Of a DNA stretch of 64,000 nucleotides, positions 38,909 to 51,057 are shown piece after piece. Origin of the DNA: an uncultured Chromatiales bacterium (lineage in GTDB: Bacteria; Pseudomonadota; Gammaproteobacteria; S012-40); NCBI GenBank assembly GCA_964442745.1, contig CAYUAI010000005.1, positions 44,426-108,425 on the forward strand. The letters are read 5' to 3'. Positions within the stretch are counted from its first letter, which is position 1. Each line of letters starts with the position of its first letter. The notes below the pieces were generated by a model. The model was not told where the DNA came from, made no database searches, and saw nothing but the letters and a program-made list of their open reading frames with translations. Made by a program: the position numbers and the translations under genes.

Positions 38909-39516
38909 AGAATTATATTAAATGCTGGGTATTCTTGTTGCTGGTTGTTTTTTGTTTAGGCGCGCAGGCGAGTCGGCAGTCGCCGCAAGATCTGATTGAG
39001 TCAACAGCCAATCAGGTGCTAAAAAAACTGTCGAGTGAAAAGGCTTTGATATCTAAGGAGCCCGGTCGGGTTTATGACCTGGTGAATGAGTTTATTTTGC
39101 CGCATTTTGATTTTGAGCGGATGTCAAAATCGGTATTGGGGAAATATTGGCGCCGTACAACAACCGAACAGAAAACCCGTTTTATTGAAGAATTCAGAAC
39201 GCTATTAGTGAGAACTTATGCCACTTCATTGGCCGAGTATACCAACAATAAAATTAGTTATTTACCTTTTCGGGATGATGTGTCCAGTGGTGATGTGACC
39301 GTTCGGTCTGAAATTGATCAGCCTGGCGGGTTTCCCATCCCGATTAACTATCGTTTGAAAAAAAACGGAGATACCTGGAAGGTTTATGATGTGACCATTG
39401 ATGATATCAGTTTAGTGGCGAACTATCGCTCTTCTTTTTCCAAAGAAATTCGTAAGGCTGGCCTTGATAAGTTGATTAGTACGCTGACTCACAGAAATAA
39501 GCAACATGCGCCATGA
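38905..39516 (+). CDS. mlaC: Periplasmic phospholipid shuttle
   Basis: ILPHFDFERMS..VLGKYWR, FRTLLVRTY, WKVYDV..ISLVANYRSSF. Confidence 0.95.
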   Translation: MKNYIKCWVFLLLVVFCLGAQASRQSPQDLIESTANQVLKKLSSEKALISKEPGRVYDLVNEFILPHFDFERMSKSVLGKYWRRTTTEQKTRFIEEFRTLLVRTYATSLAEYTNNKISYLPFRDDVSSGDVTVRSEIDQPGGFPIPINYRLKKNGDTWKVYDVTIDDISLVANYRSSFSKEIRKAGLDKLISTLTHRNKQHAP

Positions 39517-39803
39517 GTCAGGTAAATTTCGCTCAAGTTAGGACAGGCGCTTATAGCATTGAAGGTCAATTGACCTATTCAACAGTATCAAGTGTGGTGA
39601 ACAAAGGGTTAGTTGCTTTTGATCAGTCCGCGAAATGTCAAATTGATTTAGCCGGTGTGACACAGGCCGATAGCGCTGGTTTGTCGCTTATCGTAGAATG
39701 GGTCAAATATGCAAAATCGAACAATATCACCTTGGATTTTGTCAATGTACCCGAGCAGATGAAAGCTTTGTCCAAAGTGAATGGTTTGGAGTTCATGATT
39801 TAA
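39513..39803 (+). CDS. mlaB: STAS-domain subunit
   Basis: IDLAGVTQADSAGLSLIVEW; position after mlaC. Confidence 0.9.
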   Translation: MSQVNFAQVRTGAYSIEGQLTYSTVSSVVNKGLVAFDQSAKCQIDLAGVTQADSAGLSLIVEWVKYAKSNNITLDFVNVPEQMKALSKVNGLEFMI

Positions 39804-39883
39804 GTTTTTGGCTTGAGTATAAAATAGCATATACTGTATAGTTAGTTACGTCGCTCAGGCGTGGGGTTTTTTAAGGTGTCTAG

Positions 39884-40141
39884 ATGAATTCCGATGAAAT
39901 AAAAGCGCTAATAGAAGCGGGCATAGCGGGTGCGCAAATTTATATTTCTGGGGATGGTTGTAATGTCAAGGTTGTGGTGATTAGCGATGAGTTTGAAGGC
40001 AAATCTTTGATTGTACAGCAGCGCATGGTATACGATTGCCTTGGTGATAAAATAACGAGCGGTATCATTCATGCGCTCTCCATCAAGTCTTATACTCCGA
40101 TGCAATGGGAGGCGGTGCCGAATAAAGACGAGATTGTTTAG
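39884..40141 (+). CDS. ibaG: BolA/IbaG family protein
   Basis: GDGC..VISDEFEGKS..QQRMVY..IHALSIK; between mlaB and murA. Confidence 0.9.
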   Translation: MNSDEIKALIEAGIAGAQIYISGDGCNVKVVVISDEFEGKSLIVQQRMVYDCLGDKITSGIIHALSIKSYTPMQWEAVPNKDEIV

Positions 40142-40244
40142 CCCGGATCATTAAATCATTTCCGAGCATTCCAATTTGGGTGATATCTCGTTGTACCTCA
40201 ACAACAATGGCACTGTTGTTTTTACGCATTTGTTATTTTTATAA

Positions 40245-41564
<1,320 letters not shown>

Positions 41565-41566
41565 CA

Positions 41567-42214
41567 ATGCATAATCATTTAATTATCGCGTTATCTAAAG
41601 GGCGTATTTATAAAGAGACGATACCGCTACTGGCTCATGCTGGAATTACCCCGATTGATGACCCAGAAACCAGTCGCAAGTTGATTCTCGACACCAATCA
41701 GGCGGATGTGAAATTATTGGTGGTGAGAGCTTCTGATGTGCCAACTTACGTGGAATATGGCGCGGCGGATTTTGGGGTGGCGGGTAAAGATGTGTTAATT
41801 GAACATGGTGCGAATAATCTGTATGAGCCATTGGATTTAAAAATTGCCTGTTGCAAATTAATGGTGGCCGGCCGGCCGGAGGTGCTGAGTGCCGGACGAC
41901 GTTTACGTATTGCGACAAAATATGTCGTTTCCACCAAAAAATATTATGCGGCCAAGGGTGAGCAAGTTGAAATTGTTAAGCTCTATGGTTCCATGGAGTT
42001 AGCGCCACTAGTGGGTTTAGCGGATGCGATTGTCGATGTGGTGGATACGGGCAATACCTTAAAAGCCAATGGTTTGGTTCCATTAGAGAAGATTTCTGAT
42101 ATCAGTTCGCGGCTGATCGTCAATAAAGCCTCAATGAAGATGAAGTCAGGCAAGGTAAAAGCTTTTTTGAAGCATATGACAGAGGCTGTTGACAATACCA
42201 GTCAAGCGGCCTAA
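41567..42214 (+). CDS. hisG: ATP phosphoribosyltransferase, short form (HisZ-dependent)
   Basis: [40 protein letters not shown]; 215 aa. Confidence 0.97.
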   Translation: MHNHLIIALSKGRIYKETIPLLAHAGITPIDDPETSRKLILDTNQADVKLLVVRASDVPTYVEYGAADFGVAGKDVLIEHGANNLYEPLDLKIACCKLMVAGRPEVLSAGRRLRIATKYVVSTKKYYAAKGEQVEIVKLYGSMELAPLVGLADAIVDVVDTGNTLKANGLVPLEKISDISSRLIVNKASMKMKSGKVKAFLKHMTEAVDNTSQAA

Positions 42215-42236
42215 TGCTAAATTTTGAGGCATTCGC

Positions 42237-43538
42237 ATGGTAAACATGAAAGAATTAGATAGTAAGCAGGCTGATTTTTGGGAGGCGCTTAAGTGTTTAA
42301 TCGCTTGGGAAGGCCTGTCAGGCCGTTCCGTCACTGAGGTGGTGAGTGATATTCTGCACAATGTTAAAACCCGAGGTGATCAGGCGCTGCTTGAATACAC
42401 CCAGCGATTCGATCATCTGACAATAAGCACCGCCGATGCACTTAAAATCCCTAAGCAACGGTTGCAGAGTGCATGGGACAATATTTCTGCGGAGCAGCGC
42501 CAACACCTGGAAATCGCTAAGCAGCGTATTCGTGCATATCATGAGCGCCAAAAAATGACATCATGGTCGTATAAAGAAGCAGATGGCACGCGATTGGGAT
42601 TGCGGGTGACCCCCTTAGATAGTGTCGGTCTTTACGTGCCAGGTGGCAAAGCGGCTTATCCTTCCTCGGTGTTGATGACGGCTATCCCGGCGAAAGTGGC
42701 GGGTGTTGAACAGGTGGTAATGGTGGTGCCTACGCCCCGTGGAGAGATTAATGAATTAATGTTAGCCGCGGTTTATGTCGCCGAAGTGGATGATGTCTAT
42801 ACGGTGGGCGGTGCGCAAGCGGTGGCGGCGTTAGCTTATGGCACAGAGACGATCCCTCAAGTATCAAAAATTGTCGGGCCTGGTAATATTTATGTGGCAA
42901 CAGCAAAACGTATGGTGTTTGGCACCGTAGGGATTGATATGATTGCCGGTCCCTCGGAAATTCTAGTCATTTGTGATGGCCAAACCGATCCTGATTGGAT
43001 AGCAATGGATTTATTTTCCCAGGCGGAGCATGATGAAGATGCTCAATCTATTTTGGTTTGTCCGAGCCAAGGCTATCTTGATCAAGTCAAACAAAGCATC
43101 AATAAACTCATCGTCGAGATGGAACGTCAAACCATTATTGAATCCTCACTCACCGCACGAGGTGCGATGGTTTTGGTGCGTGATATGGATGAAGCGGCGG
43201 AAGTGGCTAATGTCATCGCGCCAGAGCACCTGGAATTGTCAATGGAAGATCCGGCCTCGTTTGTGGAGAAAATTCGCCATGCTGGGGCGATATTTATGGG
43301 CCGCCACACCTCTGAAGCGCTTGGCGATTATTGTGCCGGTCCCAGTCATGTTTTGCCAACCTCGGGTACCGCTCGGTTTAGTTCGCCGTTAGGCGTTTAT
43401 GATTTTCAGAAAAGATCAAGTTTGATTATGTGTTCACCGCAAGGTGCTGACACACTGGGTAAAACGGCGTCTGTTTTAGCGCGTGGTGAAGGATTGACGG
43501 CGCATGCCTGTTCCGCTGAATATCGATTAAAAAGTTAG
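42237..43538 (+). CDS. hisD: Histidinol dehydrogenase
   Basis: [42 protein letters not shown]. Confidence 0.98.
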   Translation: MVNMKELDSKQADFWEALKCLIAWEGLSGRSVTEVVSDILHNVKTRGDQALLEYTQRFDHLTISTADALKIPKQRLQSAWDNISAEQRQHLEIAKQRIRAYHERQKMTSWSYKEADGTRLGLRVTPLDSVGLYVPGGKAAYPSSVLMTAIPAKVAGVEQVVMVVPTPRGEINELMLAAVYVAEVDDVYTVGGAQAVAALAYGTETIPQVSKIVGPGNIYVATAKRMVFGTVGIDMIAGPSEILVICDGQTDPDWIAMDLFSQAEHDEDAQSILVCPSQGYLDQVKQSINKLIVEMERQTIIESSLTARGAMVLVRDMDEAAEVANVIAPEHLELSMEDPASFVEKIRHAGAIFMGRHTSEALGDYCAGPSHVLPTSGTARFSSPLGVYDFQKRSSLIMCSPQGADTLGKTASVLARGEGLTAHACSAEYRLKS

Positions 43539-43575
43539 GTGCAGCAAATAATGAATCAAGTAGGTTGTTGAGTAA

Positions 43576-44169
43576 ATGAATGACAGAAAAGCCTCCATCG
43601 TTCGGGATACTCTCGAAACGAAAATTAATGTTTCAGTGAATTTGGATGGAACCGGGCAGTCCAATTTTGATACGGGTATTCCATTTTTGGAGCATATGCT
43701 GGAGCAAGTGGCGCGTCATGGGGTGATGGATTTAACGATTCAGGCCAAAGGTGATTTGCATATTGATGCCCATCATACCGTTGAAGATATCGGTATTACC
43801 CTGGGACAAGCATTTGCCAAAGCGTTAACGGATAAAAAGGGTATTTACCGTTATGGTCATGCCTATGTCCCTTTGGATGAGGCGCTTTCCCGCGTGGTGA
43901 TTGATTTTTCTGGGCGGCCAGGACTGGTGCTTCATGCCAATTTTCCAAGAGCGCAGGTGGGTGGGCTTGATGTGGATTTGTTTCACGAGTTTTTTCAAGG
44001 CTTTGTTAATCATGCACAAGTGACCCTGCATATTGATGTGATTCGTGGGCAGAATGGGCATCATATTGCCGAGACCATCTTTAAAGCTTTTGGACGGGCG
44101 CTGCGTATGGCGATAGCGTGGGATGCAAGAATGAAAGATGTGGTTCCTTCGACTAAAGGTCAATTGTGA
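43576..44169 (+). CDS. hisB: Imidazoleglycerol-phosphate dehydratase (monofunctional)
   Basis: [37 protein letters not shown]. Confidence 0.97.
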   Translation: MNDRKASIVRDTLETKINVSVNLDGTGQSNFDTGIPFLEHMLEQVARHGVMDLTIQAKGDLHIDAHHTVEDIGITLGQAFAKALTDKKGIYRYGHAYVPLDEALSRVVIDFSGRPGLVLHANFPRAQVGGLDVDLFHEFFQGFVNHAQVTLHIDVIRGQNGHHIAETIFKAFGRALRMAIAWDARMKDVVPSTKGQL

Positions 44170-44198
44170 GACCGTTGAGATAGTTTGTTATTGCGAAA

Positions 44199-44870
44199 AT
44201 GGAAACGATAGCCGTTATTGATTATGGAATGGGAAATCTCCATTCCGTCGTAAAAGCGTTACAACATGCGGCGAATGATCGTCGTGTTAAAATACAAGTG
44301 GTGAGTAATAAAACGGATTTAGCCCATGCCCATCGGGTGGTTTTCCCTGGGGTGGGTGGTATTGGTTATTGTATGATGGCGTTGCAAAAATTAGATTTAA
44401 TTGATGCCATAAAAGAGGCGGTTGCGAACAAGCCCGTGTTGGCCATCTGCGTAGGTATGCAAGCCTTATTGGAATTTAGTGAAGAGAATGACGGGGTGAC
44501 TTGTCTGGGTCTTTTGCCCGGACAGGTCAAGCATTTTTTGCCAGTATTTAAGCAACAACAGTGGCTTCCTGGGCTGAAAATTCCTCACATGGGTTGGAAT
44601 CAAGTTAAGCAAGTTACGTCGCATCCGCTATGGCAAGCCATTCCTCAAGACAGTCGTTTTTATTTTGTGCATAGTTATTTTGCTGAGCTATCCGATATGG
44701 AGCAGACGGCAGGGCAAACCGAATATGGGATTAGATTTACCGCCGCGGTGGCCACGGATAATCTTTTTGCCGTGCAATTTCACCCTGAAAAAAGCCAGCG
44801 TGCGGGTTTGCAATTATTGTCCAATTTTATCCATTGGAATGGTGAAATCGCTATGGCTGAAAATGGATAG
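44199..44870 (+). CDS. hisH: IGP synthase glutaminase subunit
   Basis: IDYGMGNL, ICVGMQ, PHMGWN, YFVHSY, QFHPEKS. Confidence 0.97.
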   Translation: METIAVIDYGMGNLHSVVKALQHAANDRRVKIQVVSNKTDLAHAHRVVFPGVGGIGYCMMALQKLDLIDAIKEAVANKPVLAICVGMQALLEFSEENDGVTCLGLLPGQVKHFLPVFKQQQWLPGLKIPHMGWNQVKQVTSHPLWQAIPQDSRFYFVHSYFAELSDMEQTAGQTEYGIRFTAAVATDNLFAVQFHPEKSQRAGLQLLSNFIHWNGEIAMAENG

Positions 44871-44949
44871 CATGTCGAGTACATGAGTGAGTTTTTATTT
44901 TTATAGCGTTGTATATTTGTGACGGGTAGATAAATCAAGAGGAACGATC

Positions 44950-45690
44950 ATGCTGGTGATACCTGCGATAGATCTCAAGGGAGGTAAATGTGTTCGCCTT
45001 CGCCAAGGTAACTTAGATGATGAGACCATTTATTCTGAGAGTCCGATCGATATGGCTGAACAATGGGTTAAGGCGGGCGCCCGTCGATTGCATCTAGTTG
45101 ATTTAGATGGTGCTGTTGCGGGTAAGCCGATGAATACTGAGGTGATTCATCAGATTGCTGAGCGCTTTCCTGATATTCCTATCCAGGTGGGGGGAGGGAT
45201 TCGAGATGAGGATACCGTGCAATCCTATTTAGACGCGGGTGTGCAATATGTCATTATCGGCACCAAAGCAATTAATGCGCCTCATTTTGTTGAGGACCTT
45301 TGTTTAGAGTTTCCTGGACACATTATTGTGGGACTGGACGCAAAAAATGGCAAAGTAGCGATTGATGGCTGGTCCAAATTATCTCATCATGATGTCATTG
45401 ATATGGCGCAGAAATTTGAACATTGTGGGGTTGAGGCGATTATTTTTACCGACATCAGCCGTGACGGCATGATGACAGGCTTGAATTTAGACTCCACCGT
45501 TGAATTGGCTCGTGCAATAAAAATTCCCGTGATTGCTTCGGGAGGTGTGACCAATATTGATGATATTAAATCGTTATCTCAATTTAATGATGATGGTATC
45601 TCTGGTGTCATCACTGGACGTGCTATTTATGAAGGGAGTTTGGATTTTGCAGCCGCACAAAAATTGGCGGATGAATTGGCCGTTTCTTGA
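44950..45690 (+). CDS. hisA: ProFAR isomerase
   Basis: [39 protein letters not shown]. Confidence 0.97.
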   Translation: MLVIPAIDLKGGKCVRLRQGNLDDETIYSESPIDMAEQWVKAGARRLHLVDLDGAVAGKPMNTEVIHQIAERFPDIPIQVGGGIRDEDTVQSYLDAGVQYVIIGTKAINAPHFVEDLCLEFPGHIIVGLDAKNGKVAIDGWSKLSHHDVIDMAQKFEHCGVEAIIFTDISRDGMMTGLNLDSTVELARAIKIPVIASGGVTNIDDIKSLSQFNDDGISGVITGRAIYEGSLDFAAAQKLADELAVS

Positions 45691-45705
45691 TCTTAAGGTG
45701 AGTCA

Positions 45706-46479
45706 ATGAGTTTAGCAAAACGCATCATTCCCTGTTTGGATGTTGACAATGGTCGGGTTGTTAAGGGAGTCCAATTTGTTGATATTCGTGATGCCGGTGA
45801 TCCGGTAGCGATTGCTAAGCGTTATGATGAACAAGGTGCGGATGAACTCACCTTTTTGGATATCACGGCGAGCTCAGACCAGCGCGACACTATGATCCAT
45901 GTGGTGGAAGAGGTGGCTAGCCAGGTTTTTATTCCATTGACTGTCGGTGGCGGGATTCGAACGCTTGATGACATACGACGCATGCTCAATGCGGGTGCCG
46001 ATAAAGTCGCCATCAATACGGCGGCGGTATTTCACCCTGAGTTTGTCCGTGAAGCGTCGGATAAATTTGGTACGCAGTGTATTGTGGTTGCGATTGATGC
46101 AAAAAAAGTCAGTGCGGTGGATGAATCGCCGCGCTGGGAAATATTTACCCATGGTGGGCGTAAATCCACCGGCATGGAGGCCATTGCGTGGGCGAAAAAA
46201 ATGGTCGTTTATGGTGCGGGTGAGATATTATTGACCAGCATGGATAAGGATGGCACCAAAGCGGGATTCGATTTAGCGTTAACGCGTGCCATTAGTGATG
46301 CCGTGTTAGTGCCGGTGATTGCCTCGGGTGGTGTAGGTTGTCTGGCGCATTTGGCGGACGGAATCTTGAAAGGACAGGCGGAGGCCGTATTAGCGGCCAG
46401 TATTTTTCACTTTGGCGAACACACGATTGGGCAAGCGAAGGAATTTATGCATAGCCAAGGCATTGAAGTCAGAATATGA
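45706..46479 (+). CDS. hisF: IGP synthase cyclase subunit
   Basis: [32 protein letters not shown]. Confidence 0.97.
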   Translation: MSLAKRIIPCLDVDNGRVVKGVQFVDIRDAGDPVAIAKRYDEQGADELTFLDITASSDQRDTMIHVVEEVASQVFIPLTVGGGIRTLDDIRRMLNAGADKVAINTAAVFHPEFVREASDKFGTQCIVVAIDAKKVSAVDESPRWEIFTHGGRKSTGMEAIAWAKKMVVYGAGEILLTSMDKDGTKAGFDLALTRAISDAVLVPVIASGGVGCLAHLADGILKGQAEAVLAASIFHFGEHTIGQAKEFMHSQGIEVRI

Positions 46480-46856
46480 ATCAGGCAAGCTGGTTAGATG
46501 AAATCCGTTGGTCACCCGAGGGTTTGGTGCCGGCCATTGCTCAAGACATGAAAACGGGTAAAATATTAATGTTAGCCTGGATGAATCGGGAAGCGCTTGC
46601 GCTTACCGCCCAAGAGGGGCGTGCTGTTTACTGGTCGCGATCTCGTAATGAATTATGGCGTAAAGGTGAGCAGTCCGGCCATATACAGCAGGTGGCTGAA
46701 ATGCGCTTGGATTGTGACAGCGATGTGATTTTGTTATCCGTTGAGCAAGTCGGTGGCATTGCCTGTCATACCGGGCGGGAAAGTTGTTTTTACAAGAAGT
46801 TAAGCCATGACCAGCAATGGCAACTTGTTGATCCTATTAAAAAAATCCAAAAGTGA
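46476..46856 (+). CDS. hisI: Phosphoribosyl-AMP cyclohydrolase
   Basis: [30 protein letters not shown]. Confidence 0.96.
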   Translation: MNQASWLDEIRWSPEGLVPAIAQDMKTGKILMLAWMNREALALTAQEGRAVYWSRSRNELWRKGEQSGHIQQVAEMRLDCDSDVILLSVEQVGGIACHTGRESCFYKKLSHDQQWQLVDPIKKIQK

Positions 46857-46859
46857 TGT

Positions 46860-47204
46860 ATGCGGACCAATAACGGTTATACCACGATTCTGAATGATTT
46901 AGCGCAGATTTTAGAAGATCGAAAGGCCATGGATTCGCAATCCTCTTACGTGGCGAGTTTATATGACCGGGGTTTGGATGTTATTTTAAAGAAAGTGGGT
47001 GAAGAGGCCGCAGAGACAATCATTGCCGCTAAAAATGAGGATGCCAATGCACTAGTGTCTGAGGTGGCTGATTTATGGTTTCATACCCTGGTGCTACTTG
47101 CGCATAAAAATTTAACGGTAGATGATGTGTTGCAGGAATTAAACAGACGATTTGGCATCTCAGGTATTGCAGAAAAGCAAGCGCGCAATCAAGACTCGGT
47201 TTAA
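46860..47204 (+). CDS. hisE: Phosphoribosyl-ATP diphosphatase
   Basis: SYVASL, KKVGEEAAE, EVADLWFH, RRFGISG. Confidence 0.96.
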   Translation: MRTNNGYTTILNDLAQILEDRKAMDSQSSYVASLYDRGLDVILKKVGEEAAETIIAAKNEDANALVSEVADLWFHTLVLLAHKNLTVDDVLQELNRRFGISGIAEKQARNQDSV

Positions 47205-47252
47205 AGTTGGTGAGCGGCTGGCTTGTTTAAATAATTTTTAGGAGAATGTTCA

Positions 47253-47528
47253 ATGGGTGGTATTAGTGTTTGGCAATTATTGATCGTTTTAGCGATCGTG
47301 CTGTTATTGTTCGGCGCAAAAAAATTGCGTACTATTGGTGGCGATTTAGGTTCAGCGGTGAAAGGTTTTCGCGGAGCCATGCGGGAAGGTGAGGAAAAAA
47401 TGGACGCCGATAAGCCGGATTCGACTAAACCGAATGAGCGCATTGAAGAGGCAGAGAACGGGCGAGTCATTGACGTGGATGTTTCTAAAAAAGAAACCGC
47501 CCCTCCACCAAAAAAAGATAACGTTTAA
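47253..47528 (+). CDS. tatA: Tat translocase subunit A
   Basis: [33 protein letters not shown]. Confidence 0.96.
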   Translation: MGGISVWQLLIVLAIVLLLFGAKKLRTIGGDLGSAVKGFRGAMREGEEKMDADKPDSTKPNERIEEAENGRVIDVDVSKKETAPPPKKDNV

Positions 47529-47606
47529 GGGATGATGAGCGCTTGATGTGAATGGCTTTGTGGTATTTGATGAATACCCGCGCCGCTAAAATAGCGATGT
47601 GTTATT

Positions 47607-47987
47607 ATGTTTGATATTGGATTTTGGGAAATTGCAGTGATTAGCGTGGTGGCTTTGATTGTTGTCGGACCCGAGCGGTTTCCCGGTTTAGTACGTAGTG
47701 TTGGCATGTGGCTGGGACGCTTTCGTCGCATTATCACCACCGTGAAGAGTGAAATTCGAGAGGAAGTGGATAAAGCGGAGCAATTAAAAGCCTTAATGGA
47801 TGAACAGCTCGATATTGTGAAGCGGCATGAAACCTTGGATGATAGTAAACCCAACGTACCATTACAGGGAAAATCTGCTGAGTCCCCCTCATTAGCCAAG
47901 GTAGTGCCGCCGGCGTCGGCCAAAAAGACAACCCAGGCGTCTGCTAACGTTGACAAATCTGAGGCGGGTTCGCCGCCAAATTCATGA
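47607..47987 (+). CDS. tatB: Tat translocase subunit B
   Basis: [20 protein letters not shown]. Confidence 0.95.
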   Translation: MFDIGFWEIAVISVVALIVVGPERFPGLVRSVGMWLGRFRRIITTVKSEIREEVDKAEQLKALMDEQLDIVKRHETLDDSKPNVPLQGKSAESPSLAKVVPPASAKKTTQASANVDKSEAGSPPNS

Positions 47988-48928
47988 ATAAAAAGGGATT
48001 TAAAGCAAATATCCGTGAGCAGCCGCTGGTTGCCCATTTAGTCGAGTTACGCGATCGACTATTGCGTGTTTTGTTAGGCATCCTGATTTTCTTTGTGGTG
48101 TTATTTCCTTTTGCTAATGATCTCTATGAGACCGTTGCCGCCCCATTGATGGCCCAATTACCCGAGGGGACATCAATGATTGCGACCGATGTTGCGTCCC
48201 CCTTTTTTACGCCTTTTAAGCTGACTTTGGTATTAGCGATTTTTTTAGGGATGCCGTGGATTTTATACCAAGCTTGGGCTTTTATTGCGCCGGGTTTGTA
48301 TAAGCACGAGCGCCGTTTAGTGCTACCCTTGCTTGCTTCCAGTACAGCATTATTTTATGCGGGTGGACTATTCGCTTATTATGTGGTTTTTCCGTTAGTC
48401 TTTGGTTTTTTTACCAGTGTGGCACCAGATGGTGTTGCTGTGATGACGGATATTAGTCGTTATCTGGATTTTGTTTTAAAAATGTTTTTTGCCTTTGGAT
48501 TGGCATTTGAAGTACCGATTGTCACCATTGTGTTAGTCTGGTCCGGTGTTGCAAGTCGTCAGAGTTTAGCGGCAAAACGGCCTTATATTATCGTCGGTGC
48601 TTTTGTTTTTGCCATGCTGCTCACACCGCCTGATGCCATTTCTCAAACCTTATTGGCGGTGCCGATGATTTTGTTATTTGAGTTAGGGTTGATTTTCTCC
48701 AAACCGTTTGAGAAAGACGTCGACGACGAGCAAGTTGACGAAGATCATTTATCTGAGGCGGATGCTCGGCCCCAGGCGGACACCTCCGATCGACAGTCGT
48801 ATTACGATGATACATCGACGGGTAGCCAGGGTGACAGTTCGTTTGATATGAAGGCTGAGCTCGATCGGGCAGAAGCCGATGAGCGTCGTTTAGATCAAGA
48901 AGGCGACAACCCGAAACCTAAGGAATGA
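47984..48928 (+). CDS. tatC: Tat translocase subunit C with an acidic C-terminal extension
   Basis: [29 protein letters not shown]. Confidence 0.96.
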   Translation: MNKKGFKANIREQPLVAHLVELRDRLLRVLLGILIFFVVLFPFANDLYETVAAPLMAQLPEGTSMIATDVASPFFTPFKLTLVLAIFLGMPWILYQAWAFIAPGLYKHERRLVLPLLASSTALFYAGGLFAYYVVFPLVFGFFTSVAPDGVAVMTDISRYLDFVLKMFFAFGLAFEVPIVTIVLVWSGVASRQSLAAKRPYIIVGAFVFAMLLTPPDAISQTLLAVPMILLFELGLIFSKPFEKDVDDEQVDEDHLSEADARPQADTSDRQSYYDDTSTGSQGDSSFDMKAELDRAEADERRLDQEGDNPKPKE

Positions 48929-49137
48929 GACATTGATTAAAATACCCATCTAGTTGGTCTTTTTGCCCGTATTTTCCATGGCCACGTGGGTTACTTAGCT
49001 CGCGACATTCTGGTCATGGCTCAGGGTTTGGCGGTAGTCGTATTGCATCCTTTAAATTAAACATCTAAGCCAGCACTTTATACGCAGGTGTCCACCTTGC
49101 GACTGGTTACAAATTCACATTTAAGCTGTCATTTTTC

Positions 49138-49187
49138 GGTCAAATCTAACCTAAATCTGGGCGCGAAAATTCCCGTTTATGACCGTG
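49138..49187 (-). repeat. MITE family A fragment
   Basis: ggtcaaatctaacctaaatctgggcgcgaaaattcccgtttatgaccgtg matches the copies at 25.7 kb and 60.35 kb. Confidence 0.65.
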
Positions 49188-49376
49188 ACACCCAACACCG
49201 TTATCCAATGATGGTTTTTGCTACCCATTTTTGGGGAGAATTTTGACTGATTTTTAATCTCAAAATCTTTAAGAGAGTACATCGATTCCTACGGCTTTGC
49301 TGAAGGCTCACGCGTTTTCGGCCATTGCTTATGCATCTCCCTCATCAATTTTTATACGCGGAGTGGAGTGATTGTT

Positions 49377-50570
49377 TTATTGTTCCGTTGGGGCCGGTCG
49401 CTCGCTTGTTTGAGCTGTCAACTGTATGCTTTTGCTATTGCGTATGACTGTCACCAATATTGGTGTGCCGGGGGGGGAATTGGATATCAATTTAACGGCA
49501 TGGCGACTATCCGTCACTTTTTCGTTACCAATTTGAATGATGGCATCGCCGGGTTTTAGGCCAGCCACATCGGCGGGTCCTGAGCGTAAAACGCCAGCAA
49601 CGATGACACCATTGGTATCTGGCAAATTAAAAGAGACAGCCAGTGCTGGACTGATATCTTGCACTTCAATACCCAGCCAGCCCCTGACGACATGACCATT
49701 CTCGATAATTTGTTGAGTGACGTTTTTGACTAGATTCACGGGAATCGCGAAACCGATGCCTTGCGATCCGCCTGAGCGAGAGAAAATGGCGGTATTCACA
49801 CCGACTAAATGACCAAAGGTATTGATTAATGCGCCACCGGAATTGCCAGGGTTGATGGCGGCGTCAGTTTGAATAAAGTTCTCAAAGGTATTAAGGCCCA
49901 GGCGATCCCTGCCCGTGGCGCTGATAATGCCCATGGTTACCGTTTGGCCGACGCCAAATGGGTTGCCAATCGCCAATACCACATCGCCTATTTTTAAATT
50001 GTCTGAAGCCCCTAAGGTGATGGCGGGCAATTCATCCAATTCGATTTTTAATAAGGCGATATCTGATTCTGCATCCACCCCAACGATGGTTGCATTGGCG
50101 CTGCGACCATCACGCAGCGCCACTTGGATTTCTTCGGCGGCTTTAATGACGTGATGATTGGTTAACACGTAACCTTGAGGGCTAATGATAACGCCGGAAC
50201 CCAAACTGTTTTCTTGGCGCTGACGGTGTTTAGGTATCCTATCATCAAAAAAACGATCAAAGCCAGGGTGATTAAAAAAATTAGACTTTCTTGATGGGAT
50301 GGTTTTTGATGTGAAAATGTTGACCACCGCCGAGGCGGCGGCTTCTACTGCACTCGCATAAGAGGCAACGCTTGTTTGATTTTGCTGTCTGGCCGCCACG
50401 GCAAGTTGCTGTGCATTTTCGGCTGAAATTTCGCTAATTTCCACCACATTTTTACCTAAACGAGGCAGGTTTTCCACAAAATACACGACAACAATGCCGC
50501 CTAATAAGCCAATGATAGTGAATAGGATCAGGTTTTTAAGGGTATCTTTTGTATTTTTGCTGATTAGCAT
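49377..50570 (-). CDS. degS: HtrA-family serine protease, single PDZ domain, N-terminal anchor
   Basis: LGSGVI, LTNHHV, DIALL, IQTDAAINPGNSGGAL; one PDZ; divergent from nif3. Confidence 0.88.
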   Translation of the reverse strand: MLISKNTKDTLKNLILFTIIGLLGGIVVVYFVENLPRLGKNVVEISEISAENAQQLAVAARQQNQTSVASYASAVEAAASAVVNIFTSKTIPSRKSNFFNHPGFDRFFDDRIPKHRQRQENSLGSGVIISPQGYVLTNHHVIKAAEEIQVALRDGRSANATIVGVDAESDIALLKIELDELPAITLGASDNLKIGDVVLAIGNPFGVGQTVTMGIISATGRDRLGLNTFENFIQTDAAINPGNSGGALINTFGHLVGVNTAIFSRSGGSQGIGFAIPVNLVKNVTQQIIENGHVVRGWLGIEVQDISPALAVSFNLPDTNGVIVAGVLRSGPADVAGLKPGDAIIQIGNEKVTDSRHAVKLISNSPPGTPILVTVIRNSKSIQLTAQTSERPAPTEQ

Positions 50571-51057
50571 GTGATTTAAGGGTCCTTGGTTGTCGTGACA
50601 AAAAATATCTAATGAGCTAAAAAGCGAGGCTGTTTAAAAAAGCACTGACCGAGTATAGCTTGCTGCCAACTGGCGTTTTTGGGTGTTGCTTTGTTATGGC
50701 CTAAATCTGATTCTTTTCTATCATTTTTCGTGATTAGCGAATAGCATGACTTGTCAGGGTGTTTGGTTGCTTCGTCTGCTCGATAATGCGTCGCAGATGA
50801 CAGTCGGCTTGGTGAATAAACGCGCTGCGCTAGGCCTGTCCTTCAGTACGCGCTTTTGATTGCGCTGAAGCTGAATCATGCTACTTGACTAAGTATAGTG
50901 ATAAAATACCACATGAATTTTATCACTCTATTGTCGCTTTTAATCTGCTGAATGGCAAAACAGCCGATAGCCGATCCTAAATTCACAGCAGAGTATGTGA
51001 AAATAGTGATAGCCACTGAGTTTGTTTTTTTATTCTTTATTATCAGGAGAAATCCAC

